Shown here piece by piece: positions 57,627-64,000 of a stretch of 64,000 nt of DNA (positions within the stretch are counted from its first letter, which is position 1; every line of letters begins with the position of its first letter). The notes under the pieces were generated by a model that was given only the letters and a program-made list of their open reading frames with translations, had not been told where the DNA came from and did no database searches. The translations under genes were made by a program, and so were the position numbers. The stretch is from assembly GCA_964546995.1 (NCBI GenBank), contig CAZJKO010000002.1:3498-67497 (forward strand), given 5' to 3'. This stretch comes from an uncultured Muribaculaceae bacterium. GTDB taxonomy: Bacteria > Bacillota_I > Bacilli_A > RF39 > UBA660.

Positions 57627-58898
57627 CTACCAAACCTTCACTAATTTATCATCTCGAAAAAGATATCTTCTAGAGTAAAAATCTTTTCCATTACCTTTTA
57701 AAATCTTTAAATCTTTATCACAGGAATTACTATACCCAAACACCAAGTAATCTTGGTTGTCTTTAACAAGACCCATCATATAATCGTCCATACTGCCTCC
57801 AAACTCCTGCTTAGAAAGAAGATTACCTTCCATATCGTAAGTAAAAAACAAACCATGATAACGGAAAACATTCAACTGATCCGTTGACGCTTTCTTATCA
57901 AGAACAGCAGAGTGTCCTACCATGACAAGATGGTCGCGATCGATGATAAGATCGTTAAATCGCTCCATACCATCCCCTTGATAAGTCACAGCAAAACGAA
58001 TATTACCATCAAAATCATAACCCAACAAAATCGCATCGGTATCAAAATCATTTTCATCATCGCTTACTTTTGTCGATCCAACAACATAGAGCATCTCTCC
58101 ATTAGAAACAATAGAACTAAATCCAATCTGATCCGTATAATTGTAATTTTTCACAAATTGCCGTTCCAAATTCAAATCGTATTTCACCAAAAGTCCTGTC
58201 TTCATCGCATCTTTTCCCACAACATAAAGAAAGTCATCGACCAAGACAAAAGAAGAAAACATACCTGACTTTTCGCCACCAAAGAAACTTTTTCCAAGTA
58301 ATTCTCCCGAAGAAGAGTAACGGGCAATAACTCCACCACCAGTATCACGGAAACCGATCTCTGTAGGTGGAAAGATACTTTGTCCAATCACATAATACTG
58401 ATCATGGATAACAAGGGCTTGTACAAATTTAGAGTCTCCCAACTCTTGAAACTGTTTCTCCCATACGATATTACCATCAAAATCATATTTAACGATGAGA
58501 GCATCTCTCGTATCATTCTTTATTTGATCATCGCTAAAAGCACCACTACCAACAGCCAAAATGCCATCGTCAAGAAAAAGTCCAGAATAGAAAGTTGAAG
58601 CCTTTGCACGCTCGTACTGAAGCTCCATACTCATAGTTCTATGTTTATCATAACGAACCATTTTTGCTTTCTCAAACCCTCCAGTATAATCGTACTTTTT
58701 ACTATCGTGAAAATCACTACTACCAAAAGAAAGATAACCATCATCCAAAACGACCATATCGTTAGTGATATCGTAATACACTTGACGATGATCTTTCTCA
58801 TACTTTTGATAGATCAAAAAGATCACTTCGCAAGATAAGATAAAAATCAAAACAAACGAAAGAAATTTCAAAACACCTTTAAGCGTAACTGGCTTCAC
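57627..58898 (-). CDS. membrane-anchored protein with repeated beta-propeller-like blades (hypothetical)
   Basis: 423 aa. N-terminal TM LKFLSFVLIFILSC. At least four repeats of the form a(L/I)(V/L)(K/G)YD(F/L)(D/N)GN..(F/W)...(F/Y) typical of PQQ/YVTN-like beta-propeller blades. Confidence 0.5.
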   Translation of the reverse strand: MKPVTLKGVLKFLSFVLIFILSCEVIFLIYQKYEKDHRQVYYDITNDMVVLDDGYLSFGSSDFHDSKKYDYTGGFEKAKMVRYDKHRTMSMELQYERAKASTFYSGLFLDDGILAVGSGAFSDDQIKNDTRDALIVKYDFDGNIVWEKQFQELGDSKFVQALVIHDQYYVIGQSIFPPTEIGFRDTGGGVIARYSSSGELLGKSFFGGEKSGMFSSFVLVDDFLYVVGKDAMKTGLLVKYDLNLERQFVKNYNYTDQIGFSSIVSNGEMLYVVGSTKVSDDENDFDTDAILLGYDFDGNIRFAVTYQGDGMERFNDLIIDRDHLVMVGHSAVLDKKASTDQLNVFRYHGLFFTYDMEGNLLSKQEFGGSMDDYMMGLVKDNQDYLVFGYSNSCDKDLKILKGNGKDFYSRRYLFRDDKLVKVW

Positions 58899-58924
58899 CT
58901 TATCACTCCCTCTCCAACTAAAAA

Positions 58925-60148
58925 TTAATAATGAAATACAAAATACTTCTTCTTTCCTCGCCTTAAAATGATGTATTTAGAATGAAGAGCTTGATCTTTA
59001 CAAATAACAAAATCTTCATCCGTGACTTTATTCCCATTGATCGTAATAGAACCATTGCGAATAAATTCTCTCGCTTCGCGCTTGCTACTACAAATATGTT
59101 GTTCAGTAAGCAAATCGATAAGTGGAATAGAAGAAGAAAGAGAACAGCTAGGAAGCCCTTTAAACGCTTCTTCTACTTGTGATAAACTAAGATGTTGAAT
59201 ATCGCCTGTAAATAGAGATTTACTAATAGCTACAGCCTCTAAATAAGCATCTTCCCCATGTAAAAATACAATCACATCTTTAGCTAAAGCTTTATGAGCC
59301 TCTCTTCCCTCTGGAAAAAGCTTATGCTCTTCTTCCAACGCCTTAATCTCATCGACCGATAAAAAAGTCAAATACTTCAAATAATCGATAACCTTCTCAT
59401 CTTCGACATTTAAAAAGAATTGATATAACTCATATGGAGAAGTCTTCTCGCGATCTAGCCAAATAGCTCCTCCCTCACTTTTCCCAAATTTAGTTCCATC
59501 GGCCTTCGTCAAAAGAGGCATCGTAAGTCCATACGCTTCTCCCCCTACCTTTTTACGAATAAGTTCAATACCAGAAGTAATATTTCCCCATTGATCTTGT
59601 CCCCCAAGTTGTAACACACAATTGTGATTCAAATACAAATGAAGAAAATCCAAAGCCTGTAAAATCATATACGAAAACTCAGTATAAGTAATACCGATAT
59701 CGAGTCTACTCTTAACCGTTTCTTTATTAAGCATATAATTAAGATTAAAATATTTTCCGTAATCTCTTAGATAATCCAAAAAATGAATCTCTTTACTCCA
59801 ATCGTAATTATTAACGACCGTAAATCCAAAAATTTCCTCCACTTGCTTTCTCAATTTTTGATAATTGTAATCGAGTTGTTCTTTGGTAATCATCGGCCGT
59901 TCTGCATTAGGTTTAGGATCCCCAATTAACCCTGTCGCTCCACCAACCAACAAAATGGGATGATGTCCTGCCTCTTTAAGCCTACGTGCCATCGAAAACG
60001 TCGAATAATGCCCAATATGCATACTATCTCCTGTTGGATCTGTCCCAATATAAAAAGTAAGCCCCCCTTTGTTTAACTTTTCAATCAAATCAGGACTACT
60101 AATATCATTAATGAGCCCTCTCCATTTCAATTCTTCAAATAATGTCAT
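58925..60148 (-). CDS. tyrS: tyrosine--tRNA ligase
   Basis: 407 aa. Class I HIGH (HIGH at ...SMHIGHYSTF), KMSKS-like KFGKS, C-terminal S4 domain. Confidence 0.9.
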   Translation of the reverse strand: MTLFEELKWRGLINDISSPDLIEKLNKGGLTFYIGTDPTGDSMHIGHYSTFSMARRLKEAGHHPILLVGGATGLIGDPKPNAERPMITKEQLDYNYQKLRKQVEEIFGFTVVNNYDWSKEIHFLDYLRDYGKYFNLNYMLNKETVKSRLDIGITYTEFSYMILQALDFLHLYLNHNCVLQLGGQDQWGNITSGIELIRKKVGGEAYGLTMPLLTKADGTKFGKSEGGAIWLDREKTSPYELYQFFLNVEDEKVIDYLKYLTFLSVDEIKALEEEHKLFPEGREAHKALAKDVIVFLHGEDAYLEAVAISKSLFTGDIQHLSLSQVEEAFKGLPSCSLSSSIPLIDLLTEQHICSSKREAREFIRNGSITINGNKVTDEDFVICKDQALHSKYIILRRGKKKYFVFHY

Positions 60149-60151
60149 GAT

Positions 60152-60416
60152 AATTCTCCTTTCAATAAAAAACGCCCTTATCCAAAAGATAAGGACGAAA
60201 AATTCCGTGGTACCACCTTAATTCATAAGTAACACTTATGCACTCGAACTAGATAACGGAAGTAACCCGCTTTTCTCCAATTTGGTAATTCATAACAATC
60301 GTTTTCTTAGTTTTCACCACCACTAAGTCTCTTTCTAAAACATATTGCTACTACTTTCAAATCTTCATAGAAAATCTATCGGATTCAGTATAACATATTC
60401 GCTAATTTATTGTCAA
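60152..60416 (-). promoter_or_regulatory. T-box riboswitch leader of tyrS with promoter (TTGACA-N18-TATACT) and terminator/antiterminator
   Basis: Minus strand: promoter -35 at 60411-60416 and -10 at 60387-60392. T-box sequence AATTAAGGTGGTACCACGGAA (60213..60232). Terminator CGTCCTTATC-ttttg-GATAAGGGCG + T-run (60173..60197) immediately before the tyrS RBS. Confidence 0.8.
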
Positions 60417-60524
60417 ACCTATTTTTAATGCTTTTCTAACAACCAATCGATTATAATTTTATCGGTTTTGTACAATATATTCATTAGAACAACATAAAAC
60501 ACATCATAAATGTGTTTGATAAAA

Positions 60525-61106
60525 CTACTTCTTAATATAAGGATTTGCCTTTTCTTCTTCCTTGTCATCCAAATGCTTTTTAAAATCTTGAATCTCCTGT
60601 TTCAACGCTTTTAACTGTTCTAATTGTTTTTCATTCGAACTTAGAGTGCGTTCCTCCTCTTCTGAATTTCTTTCAAAAGCAACGTCCCGATCACGACTAT
60701 CTTTATGAAGTTTTATTGTTGAAGCATCCTCTTTTCGCATTTCCGACTTTGCAAAAATGGAAAGAGCATGAAACCCAGTAGGACGTTTTTGATATTCCTT
60801 CTTCTCTTCTTCCGTCATTTCTTCCAGTGCGTCTATACAAGAAAATTGATCGATAAAAACAGGACGATTGTTACTGTAATCCATAGCATGTTTCATTGCA
60901 GCTATAATATTTAAAAAGGGAATAAATAGACAAGTAATCGCCATCCGCGAAATATCCGAATTCATTTGATCTGTAAACTCTGAAATGCGCTTCATATCGA
61001 TCTTATAACCAGAATCGGCAACATCTTTCATCACCTGAAAACTAGTAGTAACTTCCATAACACCACTAGAAACAACAGTAGTAAACCATAATAATAAAAA
61101 TCCCAT
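60525..61106 (-). CDS. hypothetical membrane protein with charged coiled-coil C-terminus
   Basis: 193 aa. Hydrophobic N-terminus and internal TM (ITCLFIPFLNIIAAM). K/E-rich C-terminus. Confidence 0.4.
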   Translation of the reverse strand: MGFLLLWFTTVVSSGVMEVTTSFQVMKDVADSGYKIDMKRISEFTDQMNSDISRMAITCLFIPFLNIIAAMKHAMDYSNNRPVFIDQFSCIDALEEMTEEEKKEYQKRPTGFHALSIFAKSEMRKEDASTIKLHKDSRDRDVAFERNSEEEERTLSSNEKQLEQLKALKQEIQDFKKHLDDKEEEKANPYIKK

Positions 61107-61228
61107 AACGTACCTCCATTAATGATGAACTAGTATAACATAGGAGAAAAAGGAAATCAATAAAATGTTCACATTTACAAAAAAACGGTATGTATCTAAT
61201 ACGAGATATCATACCGTTCCAAAACTCA

Positions 61229-61660
61229 TTATTTCTCTTTTTTCTCTAATTTAGCAAGTACTTCACTTACGACATCGATTGCCTTCATGCGAACTTCTTC
61301 AGCAGCATCTCTTAAAATAGGAGTTCCCTTTTCAATCGCCATACTGACAAGTTCATCACATTTCGCTTTAATCTGTTTTCCCTTTTGTTTAGCAATCTTC
61401 AATACTTTTTCTTTATCTAAATCTTCGAGTTCTGTTTTGATTTCATCGATCTTATCTTCCAAAGCAATCTTTACTTCATCGATATCGATATCTTTAACTT
61501 TTCCAATAAGCTCATCGATCTTTTGCTTAAGTTGCCGTCTTGTTTCACTACCCTTATTTGGTGCAAATAAAATGCCAAGTCCTGCACCTACTGCTGCACC
61601 CAATAAAAACTTACCAGCACCACTTTTTTTCTTTGTACTTGTTTTTTCTTTACTCATCAT
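61229..61660 (-). CDS. ytxH: YtxH-like protein (DUF948-associated general stress family)
   Basis: MSKEKTSTKKKSGAGKFLLGAAVGAGLGILFAPNKGSETRRQLKQKIDEL matches the YtxH-domain N-terminus. Start placed at the MMSKEK internal ATG. Synteny with ytxG and tyrS as in Bacillus. Confidence 0.6.
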   Translation of the reverse strand: MMSKEKTSTKKKSGAGKFLLGAAVGAGLGILFAPNKGSETRRQLKQKIDELIGKVKDIDIDEVKIALEDKIDEIKTELEDLDKEKVLKIAKQKGKQIKAKCDELVSMAIEKGTPILRDAAEEVRMKAIDVVSEVLAKLEKKEK

Positions 61661-61937
61661 AATCCTCCTCTTTCTTTTTCCGATGAAATAATCTAGAAAC
61701 GACACTACTAATGGTATCGACAATACGATCAGATAAAAGTGCTAATTTATCTGTAATGGCATCAACCATATGAAAAGCATTATCCAAAGAATGAACCTTT
61801 GTCTCAACATCACGAACAACCCGGTTCACAGAATCCAACGTATAGATAAGTTTAATGCCCAAAATAATTAATACCACTAATAATATAATACCCAAAACGT
61901 ACAACATTATTGATAAAAACAACATAAATTCGTCCAT
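61650..61937 (-). CDS. ytxG: YtxG-like DUF948 membrane-anchored protein
   Basis: 95 aa. N-terminal TM (LSIMLYVLGIILLVVLIILGIKLI) followed by the DUF948 helical region (TLDSVNRVVRDVETKVHSLD...). Confidence 0.6.
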   Translation of the reverse strand: MDEFMLFLSIMLYVLGIILLVVLIILGIKLIYTLDSVNRVVRDVETKVHSLDNAFHMVDAITDKLALLSDRIVDTISSVVSRLFHRKKKEEDYDE

Positions 61938-61940
61938 AAA

Positions 61941-62867
61941 TTACCCCTTATCCTCATACATAGAATCAATTAAATCAAATAAATTATCTTCAAGTGCCTC
62001 TTTTTTATTGTCTTCCTCATCAGAATCGAGATCTTTATTCTTATAAACTCGTCTTCCTGTCGCTTTTTCTTTTGATGCATCTTTATAATCGATATTGTAT
62101 TCGAGACCTAAATCTTGGAAGTACTCTTCTGCATCGCCAACAGTGACTTTACTAACGGCAGGAGTATCATCATCCCTCATATTAAACAAAAGATTATCGT
62201 CTTCTTCAATGGCATTATACTCTTCGTGGTAACGTTCCTTTTTCTTCTCCTCTGCATCCATAGCAAGTCCAATTTCACTCGTCAAATCACCATAAGCTTT
62301 CTCCCGAACAGCATCGATATCCATCTTACCCTTATATCCACTAATGCGAACATCTCTCTTAGAAGACACTTCATCCTTCGTATAATTACGATCTAACACT
62401 CCATAAATAGGAGAAATAATAGGAGAAGGTCGAAACATCTTTACTTCCTCCTTCTTTTCATAAGCACCATATTCAGGGATTTGATAATCCCGTTTCTTTT
62501 GATACAAATCAACTTTCTTTTCTTCTTTTCTCTGATAAAGAGGGGTAGATTTCGGTTTTGTAACAACGGGAGGCTCAGGTTTAAAATCTTCATCCTCAAA
62601 CGTCATAGGAAACTTAAAAGACCCATCTGGCTTCAATAGTTCCCGATCCGAAACCACATCATCTTTAGGTAATTCTTTTTTTTCTTCGATAGAAGAATTT
62701 CTAACTTCTCTACTAGAATTAGAACTAGAAGTAGAAGAAAGATCGATCTTCTTTGCAATCGGAGCTTTCTCTTTTCTCTTAACAGGAGTTCTCTCTTCTT
62801 CAATCTCAACGTACTCTTCTTCAAAAAGAGCATTTTTAAGTTTATCAAACAATTTCATACGAATCAC
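61941..62867 (-). CDS. highly charged (K/E/D-rich) hypothetical protein with SepF-like N-terminal motif
   Basis: 308 aa. N-terminus MKLFDKLKNALFEEEYVEIEEE resembles the SepF N-terminal FtsZ/membrane-binding peptide. Central region low-complexity (SSTSSSNSS, many K/E). No SepF core domain recognised. Confidence 0.45.
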   Translation of the reverse strand: MIRMKLFDKLKNALFEEEYVEIEEERTPVKRKEKAPIAKKIDLSSTSSSNSSREVRNSSIEEKKELPKDDVVSDRELLKPDGSFKFPMTFEDEDFKPEPPVVTKPKSTPLYQRKEEKKVDLYQKKRDYQIPEYGAYEKKEEVKMFRPSPIISPIYGVLDRNYTKDEVSSKRDVRISGYKGKMDIDAVREKAYGDLTSEIGLAMDAEEKKKERYHEEYNAIEEDDNLLFNMRDDDTPAVSKVTVGDAEEYFQDLGLEYNIDYKDASKEKATGRRVYKNKDLDSDEEDNKKEALEDNLFDLIDSMYEDKG

Positions 62868-62869
62868 CT

Positions 62870-63535
62870 CTATTCTTGTATCTCTGTATCAAGATGGTCT
62901 TCATCATGAACATCATCTTCATCTTTTGTATAATTATCGTATTCTTTTACATAATCTAGGAAATCGCCCACTTCACGTTTTGGTTTAAAAATATTAAACG
63001 ATTCCTCTTTGTAGTTCAGTGCATTATCCCCAATCAAGGATTCGATTACTTGATCATTAAATTGAACAGAAGACAACACATAACTAATGGTAATCAAAGC
63101 ATCTTGAAGCTTTGCTTTAGGAACATAAGCTTCAATCTTAGCATAATGGTACATTGCCTCAACAAAATAAGCATTCTTTGCTTCATTAATTTCCAAATAC
63201 CCATCATGCCCACGATAGGAAAGAGCTTTAGAATAATAAGCATCTTTATTTTCTTTATAAGATTCTTTTATTTTATGATAGTAAGAAATAACATCCACAT
63301 AGAGATAATAAGATTCTCCCTGATAACGAAGATGCACATTATAATCGGTTTTACTAAGCTTACTCATCCCTTTAGGAAGATAATACTTATAACCTTCTGC
63401 AACTTGATTCACCAAATGAGACGAAGAAGACAAAACCGTATCTAAAATGCGATCGATTGTTTGATCTTCAATTTTAACAACCGTACAACCACTAAATAAC
63501 ATAGTAACAGAGAGTAAAATAAGTACTTTTTTCAT
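62870..63535 (-). CDS. lipoprotein (hypothetical)
   Basis: Signal plus lipobox MKKVLILLSVTMLFSGC, 221 aa, Tyr-rich, acidic C-terminus. Confidence 0.55.
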   Translation of the reverse strand: MKKVLILLSVTMLFSGCTVVKIEDQTIDRILDTVLSSSSHLVNQVAEGYKYYLPKGMSKLSKTDYNVHLRYQGESYYLYVDVISYYHKIKESYKENKDAYYSKALSYRGHDGYLEINEAKNAYFVEAMYHYAKIEAYVPKAKLQDALITISYVLSSVQFNDQVIESLIGDNALNYKEESFNIFKPKREVGDFLDYVKEYDNYTKDEDDVHDEDHLDTEIQE

Positions 63536-63591
63536 GTTTCACCTACTCTAAATCTATTATAACAAATTTTTTATAAAATACCTATCTTTTT

Positions 63592-64000
63592 TTAAGATTT
63601 TTCATGGTTTAACACTTTAGTTGCCACAACATAATAGATTTTCATTCCCATCTTAACAAATTTATCTTCGTATTCTGTCGTAATATTGGGAATAGAGGTA
63701 TCTTTATGCAAATCCAAAGAAAGATCCAAAAAAGTATAACCATTTTGACTAAAAGAAAGAAGAGAATAAGAAAATAAATCTTCGTTATCGGTCTTCATAA
63801 CAACAAGAGGATCACCCCGAAATAAGGAATCGTACTTTGCTAAAAATAAAGGACTACTAAGACGTCTTAAAGCATGACGTTTCTTGGGCCATGGATCAGA
63901 AAAATTTAAATAGATCGTATCGATTTCATGATCGAAGACCGAATCGATCGATAAAGCATTCATTCGAATGATGTACAAGTTAGATAATCCATCAGGAATC
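63592..64000 (-). CDS. trmB: tRNA (guanine46-N7)-methyltransferase TrmB (C-terminal part; continues past window end)
   Basis: ...IYLNFSDPWPKKRHALRRL... is the TrmB signature (FPDPWPKKRH). The ORF runs to the window edge. Confidence 0.75.
   Translation of the reverse strand, partial: IPDGLSNLYIIRMNALSIDSVFDHEIDTIYLNFSDPWPKKRHALRRLSSPLFLAKYDSLFRGDPLVVMKTDNEDLFSYSLLSFSQNGYTFLDLSLDLHKDTSIPNITTEYEDKFVKMGMKIYYVVATKVLNHEKS

Noticed and set aside
61287-61691. 134-aa plus-strand ORF opposite ytxH/ytxG
   Set aside because: Antisense to two syntenic, motif-supported genes. The S/L-rich low-complexity translation comes from a lysine-codon-rich reverse strand.
1-64000. Possibility that the genome uses translation table 4 (Mollicutes/Erysipelotrichia-like low GC) so that TGA is sense
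   Set aside because: Under the standard code all conserved genes (recA 339 aa, ffh 435 aa, spoIVA 492 aa, tyrS 407 aa, etc.) have expected full lengths with normal stops. Sporulation genes indicate a classical Firmicute, so code 11 is used.

Overview
This 64-kb window looks like a core chromosomal segment of a low-GC (about 30-33%), endospore-forming Firmicute that uses the standard genetic code. Most genes are on the minus strand, and gene order follows the Bacillus pattern: sufCDSUB; prsA; rpoZ; recX; ftsY-ylxM-ffh; rnj; rny; murE; rodZ(ymfM)-pgsA-recA; gpsB-rnpB; recU-ponA; nth-dnaD; cca; hbs; der-spoVIF-spoIVA; engB; nrnA; ackA; ndk; fhs; sspA-like SASP; nifZ-thiI; ezrA; rpsD; tyrS with a T-box leader; ytxG/ytxH; trmB. 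Sporulation genes (CotD-like coat protein, SpoIVA, SpoVIF-like, alpha/beta SASP, YjcZ-like microproteins) confirm a spore former. No tRNA, rRNA or CRISPR was seen. One ncRNA is clear, a type B RNase P RNA. Several accessory or odd elements sit in this housekeeping backbone: (1) a translationally coupled GNAT acetyltransferase plus HerA-like (HAS-barrel + FtsK/HerA ATPase, DUF87) pair wedged between ylxM and ffh; (2) tandem mosaic paralogs with an N-terminal ORF6N domain and a C-terminal single PLD/HKD-like domain (HxR variant); (3) a mazEF toxin-antitoxin pair flanked by about 88-bp direct repeats that duplicate the 3' end and terminator of the cotD-like gene; (4) a large surface protein with a SipW-cognate-type signal, TasA/camelysin-like repeats and BspA-type LRRs, preceded by a 9-C homopolymer tract; (5) a low-GC COG1373 AAA+ ATPase (DUF4143) with an operator-like palindrome; (6) two zinc-ribbon membrane proteins downstream of a lone ssb; and smaller oddities (pseudopilin-like protein, 25-bp tandem repeat, non-canonical SOS-like box upstream of recA).
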